Source of the DNA: Thermoplasmata archaeon
Lineage (GTDB): Archaea > Thermoplasmatota > Penumbrarchaeia > JAEHCK01
Assembly (NCBI GenBank): GCA_020696345.1
Contig: JAEHCK010000002.1
Coordinates: forward strand, 6,057-70,056
DNA: 64,000 bases
Direction: 5' to 3'
Within the stretch, counting starts at the first letter, position 1. The number at the start of each line of letters is the position of its first letter. The notes under the pieces are model-generated. The model had not been told where the DNA came from. It ran no database searches and saw only the letters and a list, made by a program, of their open reading frames with translations. Of the stretch, positions 1 to 9,800 are shown piece by piece. The translations under genes and the position numbers were made by a program.

Positions 1-2205
1 TATAGATGTAATGATCGTAATTTGAGCGTTTTCTATGACTGTAGTTGGTGTTTCTTCTATGGAATATTTTTCAGTCTTTACCTCAAATCTTGGTGCCCTG
101 GTTGAGTAATAGATCTTAACAGCCTTGGGTGTGTTGATCTCTGTTAGAAAATAATAAGGCAGTTCATCAGGGTTCATGGGTTCTGCGTTATAATAATTGA
201 TAGTAATGTTCAGATTTGATGCCGAGCCAAACATGGTATAGATCTTATTTTCCTCAATATCCATGGGCATAAACGGGCTAAGTTGGGTAGATCCATTGGC
301 GATCTTTGTTTCGATATAAAATGACACGAAATTACCGGTTCCCTTGAACGTATATACCACTAGATCACCATCGATAATAGTCCAAGCTGCACAACCCTTT
401 ACATTCAATGAGGTGATGTTAGATGGTATGGAGAACGCAAACATGTTGGCAACGGACCTATCAGAAGTAATTCTAACGATCTGATGCATATCTATACCAA
501 TATCACTTATCCAGTTCCGGAGAAAGATCTCTGATTTCAGATCGGTCGATTTACTTATTTGTAAAATTGAAATATACTCATTATCGGTTTCATAGATCTC
601 GATGTTAAAACCAGTCTTTAAACGATCTCTTAGTTTCAATGGTATTAAATCGTAGCTCGAGCGGTGCAAACCTGTCTCGTAAATATGGCTATATTCAACA
701 TTCTTCTCCAAATAATAACCCACAAAATACTCCATGGTTTGAGCACCTACAATTGTTAGTTGTTCCATTGTAACATTATAGCCTTGATAATCCCAACGCA
801 GGCCAAGTAAATATTCCTGGGAAAGGTTACTTCCGAACCATAAGGTCAGCCTGTTGAGGTTTCTATCCCAATTATGATCCAGAATTGGTATTGGGTTATT
901 TGGCTCCACTAGTAATTGAGGCCCTTGCAATTTATCGTTTTTCCCTCCGGGGGCAAGCTCGATGGTTAGAGAATTTGGCGAACTGCCGTAAAAATTTAGC
1001 AATATCCAGGTCTCAAACTCAAAACCATCAAAGGTTGGTTTTAAGGTATCGATGATCCATGCGGTAATAGAGGTCTCCCGTGGTGAGATCTTCAAGCCCA
1101 ACTTTGAATTCTCAGTGAAATAATAATTACCAATAAAACTGGTACCCGGCTTCATATCACCAGAATAACCGATCAAGGTCGCATTTGCACTTTCAAATAA
1201 TTCTATCCTCAGATCTAAATCCGAAAACAATGCAACTTCACCCGTAATCCTGCAGTTTAATGGTTCTGGGATCTGTATTATTAATTCTTTCACAAATAAC
1301 GTTTCAAATCTTAGTTCTAGGATAATTCGATCTTTGATAAGTTCATCGAATTCGACCTGAAGTTCACCAACTGATGTTATTATCGCACCTTTATTGGTTG
1401 ACTTTAATGATGTTTTCTCAATAGAATCGAATGTGATCCTTTCCAAACCAAACCCTGGAAATTCCAGGCGATATCGAACATCGATAATGGCCTTGGTGTC
1501 GGTGATCAAAACTTCTGAGTCGATCTCGCAATCCAGATCATTTTTCGTTGGTGGTGAATATTCTGTCCAAATAAAATTCCAGGCCACTTTATCAACTGCA
1601 AAATGTTCCCAGGTTAAAAGCATTGCTTCATTTGTTTCGACTACCATTGCGCCCATTGGATCGATTATGAAAATCTCTTTTCCGGATGGAGTGGGAATCT
1701 TGAAATTCAAGTAATAATTAAGCGCCGGTCCATAGATGGTATAATCCAGTGAAATAATTTCATCAATGAATATGTTTGAGCTGAGTTTAAATACAAGTTC
1801 ATGGTCACCTTCAGATAGATTTCCAGAGAAGAAATAGTACTCATTGGTAAATTCGATCCTTTCCTCTGAATTATCCACACTTAGATTGATTGCCATTGCT
1901 TTATCAGCGGGACCTATTAATGGGATCCTGACCGATTGATTATTATAAGCTGTATAAAATAAATAGCTCAGTGTAAATAACGCTTTTCCATCGCTGTACA
2001 CACCTGAAAGGGTTATTGAGTCCATTATCAGCTCATTAATACTCCTGGTGTTGCTATTCTTGTCGACTGTTACTGCACTGGTATTCACACCGCACACGGC
2101 CGAGTATAAACCGGTTTGAGTAATAATACAACTTAATAACAAAACTGAGACCATTAAAACCGTTTTTGAGATTTCCAACGTTCGATATTGATATTTTATA
2201 TCCAT
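1..2205 (-). CDS. Hypothetical exported/membrane protein, partial (runs off window start)
   Basis: Not in the ORF track. Manual translation from ATG at 2205 (MDIKYQYRTLEISKTVLMVSVLLLSCIITQTGLYS...) stays open to base 1 (735 codons). Hydrophobic N-terminus; no recognisable family motif. Confidence 0.8.
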   Translation of the reverse strand, partial: MDIKYQYRTLEISKTVLMVSVLLLSCIITQTGLYSAVCGVNTSAVTVDKNSNTRSINELIMDSITLSGVYSDGKALFTLSYLFYTAYNNQSVRIPLIGPADKAMAINLSVDNSEERIEFTNEYYFFSGNLSEGDHELVFKLSSNIFIDEIISLDYTIYGPALNYYLNFKIPTPSGKEIFIIDPMGAMVVETNEAMLLTWEHFAVDKVAWNFIWTEYSPPTKNDLDCEIDSEVLITDTKAIIDVRYRLEFPGFGLERITFDSIEKTSLKSTNKGAIITSVGELQVEFDELIKDRIILELRFETLFVKELIIQIPEPLNCRITGEVALFSDLDLRIELFESANATLIGYSGDMKPGTSFIGNYYFTENSKLGLKISPRETSITAWIIDTLKPTFDGFEFETWILLNFYGSSPNSLTIELAPGGKNDKLQGPQLLVEPNNPIPILDHNWDRNLNRLTLWFGSNLSQEYLLGLRWDYQGYNVTMEQLTIVGAQTMEYFVGYYLEKNVEYSHIYETGLHRSSYDLIPLKLRDRLKTGFNIEIYETDNEYISILQISKSTDLKSEIFLRNWISDIGIDMHQIVRITSDRSVANMFAFSIPSNITSLNVKGCAAWTIIDGDLVVYTFKGTGNFVSFYIETKIANGSTQLSPFMPMDIEENKIYTMFGSASNLNITINYYNAEPMNPDELPYYFLTEINTPKAVKIYYSTRAPRFEVKTEKYSIEETPTTVIENAQITIITSI

Positions 2206-2513
2206 ACTTACCACCAACCAGTACGAAAGAATTTCGTAAGTTAATAGATAAAATTACAATTTCGTGTTCGAATTGTATATAAGAAAATTGTAGAACCGTC
2301 TAAAAAGTAATTTTGGCGCAGTTATCCAAAAATTGACACGATCATCAAATTAAGAACGTGGTTCTAATACCAATACTATCAATACTAAATTAATGTGAAT
2401 CTATCAACAATCATAGAAAAACTATCATTTATTAATTCACTTTGTTCAATGGACAAAAAATCGTAACAATCTTATACAAATATCCCTATTAAGGTACCAG
2501 GGGAAGGAATAAT

Positions 2514-4553
2514 ATGAAAAATAAGATCGCAACCATCTTTGTTTGTTTAATAATGTTAATACCAGCTGTAGCTGTTGCTCTTGAAACTGTAAGTCATAAT
2601 GGCGCAGGTTCGAATACTGGTTCCGGAAATATCGATACCCGAATTTCAGGGATAACATTCTATCAAGTGGACTATGTCTTTCACAATGGACGGTTTTTAA
2701 ATTCAGATACAGGTAAGATACTTATTGATATACCAACCCTAAGTCAAACTACACATCTGGAGAAAGGGTATGTGAACGTCTTCACATCTAGTGGCTGGGT
2801 GATACGGAACCTGCCTTTTGATAAGAGTTCCACATACACAAAGAAAAGTACATATTTCGATCTGGGTCAGACTGGTAATGTAAGAACCTTAAAAGTATAT
2901 TTACAGGTAACCCAGAACATTCAGACACGTTTTACCGGTATTCTAACAACAAGTTATACTGTATATGATACGATCTACGGTGCAGATGGTGATTCCGAGT
3001 CTGATGACTTCAAGATACCAAAAGCACCCGACATGTCATCAGTGCAATTCAATCCTTCCGAAATTACACTCTCATATACCCAGCCGAACCATCACCCATC
3101 ACAGAACGTTGAGACCGCCTGCATGCAGTGCGTACCGGCAGCATATGCGAATAATCTACAGTACCTGGAAGACACATTTGATATCAGTGTTCCGGATGTT
3201 CATGTCCCGGGTATCGGCTACCGTGACTCGGGAATAGTAATCCCGTCGGACTCGCTGGTGGGACATTTGGATGTATACATGAAACGCAAGTTGGTCAACC
3301 GAAGCTCCGGTAACGGTACGGGCACTGAAAATGCGCTCAACGGCATACTGAAATACGCCAGTGACAACAGTATACCAATTGATATCGAACACCAGGGTAT
3401 TGACGGTGACACATGTGTGATAAATGCTGGTAAAACCTCCATGGGCATGGGTGCTAGTGTTAATTGGAACTATTTAATAAATGAGGTAAAATACGGCCAT
3501 GCGGTGACATTGCGATATTGGCGATTTGAGAACGGGATACATTACGGTGGGCATAAGGTGGCGGTTGTAACGGCCGGCTGGTACGCTGGTGCAAAATTCA
3601 TCGAGTTTGCTCATGATACCAAACAGACATGCGGGGACCCCACTGACTCGTTTGGTAGGGAGATCACACACTCCTATTTGGGTCTCAACACCACCGATGG
3701 AAATTTCACATTATTAGCTTGTCCGGCCGCTGATGACCCAGCGGAGATAGTCCGTATCGTCACCATGGAAGCCAATAACAATGCACCATATCAACCTGTG
3801 TTTGTATCTGGTCAGATGTATCCAACCAGTAATACATCTTATGTTTATACATTCTCCACAAATGATCCTGAAGCAAATTTGATCTATTACAAATTCGACT
3901 GGGGCGACGGTGAGTTCTCGGATTGGTTAGGCCCTATATCATCGGGCACGCCGGTGACTCGATCACATGTCTGGAATCTCGGAATTTATGGCATCCGGGT
4001 GAAAGCCCGTGACCAGTTCTGGGCAGAGAGCGCTTGGTCGTTGCCTGTTTTTGTTTTAGTGGATGTGGTCGTGATTTTAGGAGAACTTTATGAGATCGCT
4101 GTATTTGATCTACCGTATGCCAAGATCGGTGACAAAAAAGTTGATGGTCTGCTCGATAGGGCAATCAAACATTTAAACAAAGGTTTAGATGACAAACTCT
4201 GGCTTGATAATAGTAATCTTGATCAAAAACATGGTAAGAAAGTTTTCAAGGAGGGTAAAGCGGCAGTTAAAGACCTTCAGAAGCTGCAGAAAGATAAACG
4301 TGCAACCGATTCGGTTCAGGGTACCTGTGAAGATATATCATTTAAGATCGCCGCATTAAATGGGTTGCTGGCAAATATAGCCTTGAACGAGGCACAAAGA
4401 AATGGTGGAACCGATAAAGGTTCTTTAAAAAAGGTTGCAAAGGCTGAGTTGGAGTTCAATAAAGGATTGGACCAACTTGGGGAGGGTAAACCCGATAAAG
4501 CCATTGGCCATTTCGGTAAAGCCTGGATGCATTCGCAGAAAGTTATCGGGTAG
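2514..4553 (+). CDS. Secreted protein: putative papain-fold (C39-like) cysteine peptidase domain, PKD domain and helical C-terminal domain
   Basis: Signal peptide MKNKIATIFVCLIMLIPAVAVA. QCVPAAYANNLQYL...GGHKVAVV...FAHD gives Cys/His/Asp order. YKFDWGDG...HVW is a PKD signature. Confidence 0.6.
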   Translation: MKNKIATIFVCLIMLIPAVAVALETVSHNGAGSNTGSGNIDTRISGITFYQVDYVFHNGRFLNSDTGKILIDIPTLSQTTHLEKGYVNVFTSSGWVIRNLPFDKSSTYTKKSTYFDLGQTGNVRTLKVYLQVTQNIQTRFTGILTTSYTVYDTIYGADGDSESDDFKIPKAPDMSSVQFNPSEITLSYTQPNHHPSQNVETACMQCVPAAYANNLQYLEDTFDISVPDVHVPGIGYRDSGIVIPSDSLVGHLDVYMKRKLVNRSSGNGTGTENALNGILKYASDNSIPIDIEHQGIDGDTCVINAGKTSMGMGASVNWNYLINEVKYGHAVTLRYWRFENGIHYGGHKVAVVTAGWYAGAKFIEFAHDTKQTCGDPTDSFGREITHSYLGLNTTDGNFTLLACPAADDPAEIVRIVTMEANNNAPYQPVFVSGQMYPTSNTSYVYTFSTNDPEANLIYYKFDWGDGEFSDWLGPISSGTPVTRSHVWNLGIYGIRVKARDQFWAESAWSLPVFVLVDVVVILGELYEIAVFDLPYAKIGDKKVDGLLDRAIKHLNKGLDDKLWLDNSNLDQKHGKKVFKEGKAAVKDLQKLQKDKRATDSVQGTCEDISFKIAALNGLLANIALNEAQRNGGTDKGSLKKVAKAELEFNKGLDQLGEGKPDKAIGHFGKAWMHSQKVIG

Positions 4554-4690
4554 CGGGACCATTAGTTGTATCTACCGCCATATTATTGGCCCCCTTGCAG
4601 ATCTGTGCATGTTTGGGAAGTCTGGTAAGCTAATTTATGTTGATTTCATTGCTTATATGTTCATGTAGGTTGGGTCAGCCTGCTCGTTCA

Positions 4691-4790
4691 CCGTTTAAAG
4701 AAAACGTCCTACGGTTTCGAAACTCGTATCGTAACACGTTTAACGGTAAACGGTAAAGTGCCGTTAGACGAAACCGTTGGACGATACAAG
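4691..4790. repeat. CG-rich 7-nt-periodic palindromic element
   Basis: cgtaaca/cgtttaa/cggtaaa/cggtaaa heptamers. 4705-4719 (cgtcctacggtttcg) is 14/15 reverse-complementary to 4769-4783. Confidence 0.6.
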
Positions 4791-5024
4791 ATAAAACTCT
4801 TCAAGTTTAATCTAGACCTCAAAATTCGTTCATATTTTAAAATTTTCAATTTTGACGTCGAGCCTCGAAAACGTTAAACGAGGTCGCTAGACAAAATCCG
4901 GAATCATTTAGTTTAATTTTATTAATTCGGCAAAGCGGCACAAATTCTCAAAAGGTGCCTAAATTATTAATAGTATATTTCCATTATATATAAATAATAA
5001 AATTGCACACTGGGGGCATCAACC

Positions 5025-5165
5025 ATGTGGAACCAGAAGGTCATAGCAATCATGCTAATATTGATAATGTCTAGTTTAATTTTTACTTCTGGGTTTGATG
5101 ATTCAAACGATGATCCAGTAAACTATGATATGCTCGAGGTTTATAAAATGGGATGGATCTTATGA
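5025..5165 (+). CDS. Small 46-aa ORF with signal-peptide-like N-terminus (possible gene remnant)
   Basis: MWNQKVIAIMLILIMSSLIFTSGFDDSNDD...GWIL*. Its TGA overlaps the ATG at 5162 (ATGA). Preceded by GGGGG and an AT-rich TATA-like tract. Confidence 0.4.
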   Translation: MWNQKVIAIMLILIMSSLIFTSGFDDSNDDPVNYDMLEVYKMGWIL

Positions 5166-8100
5166 AACTATTTAATGTAATATTAGCAATATTGTTGATA
5201 ATGGCATCTATGCTCATTATCCAAACCGATGTCAATGCACTAAGATATTCAATGGACACTGATCTATCGAATGCGGATGCATCATTCATTGGCGAGGATG
5301 CGGATGATAATTCCGGAATTTCGGTAGCGGGTGCAGGTGATGTCAACGGCGATGGCTACGACGATGTACTGATCGGAGCCTACTTAGATGATGATGGAGG
5401 AAACGATGCTGGTCAAACATACCTAATACTCGGAAACGCGACTGGGTGGGCTATGGACATCGACCTGTCCAACGTAGACGCATCATTTATTGGCGAGGAC
5501 GGGGGTGATTGGTCTGGACGTTCGGTGGCGGGTGTGGGCGATGTGAACGGCGATGGCTACGACGACATACTGATCGGTGCTTGGGGTGATGATGACGGAG
5601 GAAGCGGTGCTGGCCAGACATACCTCATATTGGGCAAGGCCTCCGGCTGGGCCATGGACGCAGATTTGGCGAACGCGGATGCATCATTCATTGGCGAGGA
5701 CGCAAGTGATCGTTCCGGATACTCGGTGGCGGGTGCAGATGACGTCAATGGTGATGGGTATGACGATATACTGATCGGAGCCTACTATGATGAGGATGGA
5801 GGAACTTATGCTGGCCAGACATACCTCATACTAGGAAAAGCGACCGGCTGGGTAATGGACACTAGCCTTTCGAACGCAGATGCATCGTTCATTGGCGAGG
5901 ACGCGGACGATCGTTCTGGATACTCGGTGGCGAGTGCCGGTGATGTCAATGGTGATGGGTATGACGATATACTGATCGGAGCCTACTATGATGAGGAGGG
6001 AGGATCCGGTGCCGGGCAGACATACCTAATACTCGGAAATGCGACTGGGTGGGCCATGGACATCGACCTGGCCAATGCAGATGCATCATTCATTGGCGAG
6101 GATGCAAATGGGGAGTCCGGACGGTCGGTGGCGGGTGCGGGTGACGTCAATGGCGACGGTTACGATGATATACTGATTGGGGCCTACTACGATGATGAAG
6201 GAGCAATGCGTGCCGGCCAGACATTCCTCATACTCGGAAAAGCGACTGGTTGGGCCATGGACATAGACCTGGCTAACGCGGATGCTTCATTCATAAGCGA
6301 TATGATAAATGATTATTCCGGATGGTCGGTGGCGGGTGCGGATGACGTTAATGGCGACGGATACGACGACATACTGATCGGTGCCTATGGAGATGATGAT
6401 GGAGGATTATCTGCCGGCCAGACATACCTTATTTTGGGCAAGGCCTCTGGCTGGGCCATGGACAAAAATCTGGGGAACGTTGATGCATCATTCATTGGCG
6501 AGGATGAAAGTGATCGTTCCGGATACTCGGTGGCGGGTGCGGGTGACGTCAATGGCGACGGCTACGACGACATACTGATCGGGGCCTATAAAGATGAGGA
6601 TGGAGGATTCGAGGCTGGGCAGACCTATTTGATATTCCCGGACGCTAACTCCAAACCCAAATCAATAACTTCGGTGAAGGCCTATTCTGATGATTCGTTT
6701 TCAGTTGAGGTATCAAAGGCAGATGTAAATGATACTATCTATATCGAATTGCAGGGAACAGATGGAAACTCCAGTCGATCCGATATCGCCATTGTAAATG
6801 TCAGAAGCAGTGATAGCCATCCCATCGGTTTTAATCTTAGATTATATGAATCCGGTTTAAATACCGGCAAATATCGTGGAAACTTTACAATAAGAAACAG
6901 AACTCACGGCGGTCATCGTTGGATAATGGCATCCATTGGTGAGATAATTACAATTTCCTCAATACAAGATCCTTCCAAGAATGCGACGATTTTACTCGGA
7001 GAACTTGTTCTTTATCCAATCACAGATGATCTCACTGCTCAAGAAGACATCCAATATAACAAACAATATTCAACATATGACATATCCAATATAAATTGGT
7101 TTTTTGAGACCAATGCATCCTGGTTGGAGTGGAATGAAACTTCTCATAACGTCTCGGGCACACCAAACAATGGTGATGTTGGCAGTTACTGGGTGCGAAT
7201 CAATATTTCAATGGGCTCTAGCTTTTCTGATGAACACAATTTCACCTTAGTTGTTAAAAACACACCACCAAATATTACAACTGAGAATATTATAACCACC
7301 GTACAGAACCAAAAATATTCTGTGGATTATAATAGTTCTGACGACGGTCAGGGCATCATTACATGGCACTTGGCGACAAATACATCCTCATGGCTGCAGA
7401 TCAATACAATTAGTGGCAACCTGACCGGGATACCAACGAATGCAGATGTGGGTTCATGTTGGGTGAATGTATCGGTGGACGATGGTAACTGCGGTTGGAA
7501 CTCAACGAATTTTACTCTATTTGTTTCAAATGCGAATGACGCGCCAGAAATTTTCACAAACGATTTACTCACTGCATTCGAGGATGAGGGATATAAGGTC
7601 ACTTATGAAGCAGTAGATAATGATACTGTTTATGGTGATATAATAACCTGGCACATGGATTCGAACACATCATTTCTTGCAATGGATAGCGCCAGTGGCG
7701 TGCTCTCAGGAACACCCACGAACGATGATGTGGGCATCTATTGGGTGAATGTAACCGTCTCTGATTTGATACTAACAAGCGATTCACATAACTTCACAAT
7801 GACGGTAATTAATGTTAATGACCCGCCGTTGATCACCAGCGAACCGATCATTGAAACTATAGCTTTAGATCCATATGAATATCAATTAAATGTAACTGAT
7901 GTGGATATCGGAGATATTCTTACATACTCTCTTGACACCTGCCCGGATAACATGGTGATAAACGAAGACTATGGTTTGATCACCTGGATACCAGATCCGG
8001 AACAAATCGGCGAAAATCCGGTAATAGTTCGGGTCGGTGACGGTAACGAATCGGACACTCAAGAGTTCAATATTAAAGTAACTACGCCTGCTAACTATGC

Positions 8101-9763
8101 ACCGTGGGTTACACTAATTTATCCAGCTAATGGCTTCACAGTGAATGTGACCAATCCAACACTCACCTGGTCGTCCGAGGACCCAGATTCCGAGGTAATA
8201 CAATACGATGTATATTTACACGCCGATCAGTCTAAAATACAGACAGTAGATCTCATAAGCCGGTTCTCCACCGGCCAAACGGACGACTCATACATGGCAA
8301 CAGGCCTTACAAAAGGAAGTGTATATTATTGGACCGTCATACCCAATGATGGAGAGTCCACGGGATATTGTTCGAGTGGAATCTGGTGGTTCAAAGTATC
8401 CGAGACCGCTGCATTAAATATTGCACCTGTGATAACCAGCAAACCCGTCAAAAGCGCGGTAGTTGGTGAACAGTATCGTTATGAAGTACTAGCAGAAGAT
8501 GATGATCAGGATGATGTGCTAACATACTCTTTGATCGAGCACCCAACAAAGATGGCTATTAATACTGGTTTAGGAATCATTCTTTGGACTCCAAGTGAAG
8601 ACCAACTTGGGAAGCATACAGTTACCGTTAAAGTATCCGATGGCAAGTCATTCGGGATACAGACATTTGAGATCGAAGTGACTTTAAAAAATAATAAACC
8701 AGTGGTCACGATAATACCCGAGCAAACCATTATGGTTGGCGAGGAGTTGAGCTATCAGGTTGCGGCGAACGATCTGGATACTACGGATATATTAACATAT
8801 CGGCTGGAGAACGCGCCAACCGGCATGGTGATCAATTCAACTGGTATGATAACCTGGGTGCCTAATAAAGATCAGGTTGGTAAACATACCATTACAATCA
8901 ATGTCTCGGATGGTAAGGATCATACATCAATTGAGTTCACGGTCAATGTAAAAAAAGAAGACACGACATCTAGTGGTTTTGATTCTACAATACAGGCGAG
9001 CATAATAATTGTAATTATTATAGTCATAGTTCTGCTGGCATTGGCAATGATCATGGTGAAAAGAAAGAAAACACAGAAAGAAAAAGATAAAGTAGCATCT
9101 CTTGGCATCTCGGATCAAGAAACACCACAGTCCGAGATGATGCCACCACCAGCTGCTCCGCAAACTGCACCTGTCACGCCAGTTGCTCAGCAGACCACAC
9201 AGACGACCATGACCACCGTCGAAAGCACGATCCTGGCAGCACCGGCCCAGGCTACATCACAATTGGGCGCGGCACCGGTTCCGGAAGTAACCGGCAGCCA
9301 GTTAACTCAGGCACCCCAAGTACCTCAAGCACAACCAACACCACAGCTGCCGCCGGCCACAGCAACCGAACCAGAACCGGCCCCTATCCCTCAACCAGAG
9401 ATGTCACCGGAAACTATTATGCCAACAGTTGAAACACCGATAATGGGGTTAGAACCGCAGCCTACCGCAGACTTACCTTCTGATACATATGTTCAGCCGC
9501 AGGTGCAGCAACCGCAACCTCAGGCATTGCAGCCGCAAGTACAACCGCAGCATCCACAAAATGCACAACCACAACCACAACCAACTTCAGCCACACCCAC
9601 ACACCCAATCAGGGGTCAGGGGTCACAATTCGGTGGTCAGGGACTCTTAACTCCCCAAACCCCACAACCCACACACTCACAAACTCATACAAAAACTCCA
9701 CCGGCTCAGCCGACACAACAACCACCATCAACCCAGACTCAGCACGGACAGTACAAGGACTAA
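5153..9763 (+). CDS. Type I membrane surface protein: 7 FG-GAP (integrin-alpha-like) repeats, cadherin/Ig-like domains, TM helix, P/Q/T-rich cytoplasmic tail
   Basis: Seven ~67-aa repeats SGxSVAGAGDVNGDGYDDILIGAY..GQTYLILG. Repeated N..P.ITS.P...Y.Y...A.D.D..D.LTYSL...P..M.I....G.I.W.P modules. TM IIIVIIIIVIVLLALAMIMVKRKK. Start may be 5162. Confidence 0.9.
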   Translation: MDLMKLFNVILAILLIMASMLIIQTDVNALRYSMDTDLSNADASFIGEDADDNSGISVAGAGDVNGDGYDDVLIGAYLDDDGGNDAGQTYLILGNATGWAMDIDLSNVDASFIGEDGGDWSGRSVAGVGDVNGDGYDDILIGAWGDDDGGSGAGQTYLILGKASGWAMDADLANADASFIGEDASDRSGYSVAGADDVNGDGYDDILIGAYYDEDGGTYAGQTYLILGKATGWVMDTSLSNADASFIGEDADDRSGYSVASAGDVNGDGYDDILIGAYYDEEGGSGAGQTYLILGNATGWAMDIDLANADASFIGEDANGESGRSVAGAGDVNGDGYDDILIGAYYDDEGAMRAGQTFLILGKATGWAMDIDLANADASFISDMINDYSGWSVAGADDVNGDGYDDILIGAYGDDDGGLSAGQTYLILGKASGWAMDKNLGNVDASFIGEDESDRSGYSVAGAGDVNGDGYDDILIGAYKDEDGGFEAGQTYLIFPDANSKPKSITSVKAYSDDSFSVEVSKADVNDTIYIELQGTDGNSSRSDIAIVNVRSSDSHPIGFNLRLYESGLNTGKYRGNFTIRNRTHGGHRWIMASIGEIITISSIQDPSKNATILLGELVLYPITDDLTAQEDIQYNKQYSTYDISNINWFFETNASWLEWNETSHNVSGTPNNGDVGSYWVRINISMGSSFSDEHNFTLVVKNTPPNITTENIITTVQNQKYSVDYNSSDDGQGIITWHLATNTSSWLQINTISGNLTGIPTNADVGSCWVNVSVDDGNCGWNSTNFTLFVSNANDAPEIFTNDLLTAFEDEGYKVTYEAVDNDTVYGDIITWHMDSNTSFLAMDSASGVLSGTPTNDDVGIYWVNVTVSDLILTSDSHNFTMTVINVNDPPLITSEPIIETIALDPYEYQLNVTDVDIGDILTYSLDTCPDNMVINEDYGLITWIPDPEQIGENPVIVRVGDGNESDTQEFNIKVTTPANYAPWVTLIYPANGFTVNVTNPTLTWSSEDPDSEVIQYDVYLHADQSKIQTVDLISRFSTGQTDDSYMATGLTKGSVYYWTVIPNDGESTGYCSSGIWWFKVSETAALNIAPVITSKPVKSAVVGEQYRYEVLAEDDDQDDVLTYSLIEHPTKMAINTGLGIILWTPSEDQLGKHTVTVKVSDGKSFGIQTFEIEVTLKNNKPVVTIIPEQTIMVGEELSYQVAANDLDTTDILTYRLENAPTGMVINSTGMITWVPNKDQVGKHTITINVSDGKDHTSIEFTVNVKKEDTTSSGFDSTIQASIIIVIIIVIVLLALAMIMVKRKKTQKEKDKVASLGISDQETPQSEMMPPPAAPQTAPVTPVAQQTTQTTMTTVESTILAAPAQATSQLGAAPVPEVTGSQLTQAPQVPQAQPTPQLPPATATEPEPAPIPQPEMSPETIMPTVETPIMGLEPQPTADLPSDTYVQPQVQQPQPQALQPQVQPQHPQNAQPQPQPTSATPTHPIRGQGSQFGGQGLLTPQTPQPTHSQTHTKTPPAQPTQQPPSTQTQHGQYKD

Positions 9764-9800
9764 TTCAATTTAAGCGGTTGCTTACATTGTAGATCAGCTA

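Noticed and set aside
4677-4689. 13-nt inverted match to 40965-40977
   Set aside because: 13-mer matches are expected by chance in 64 kb; not usable alone.
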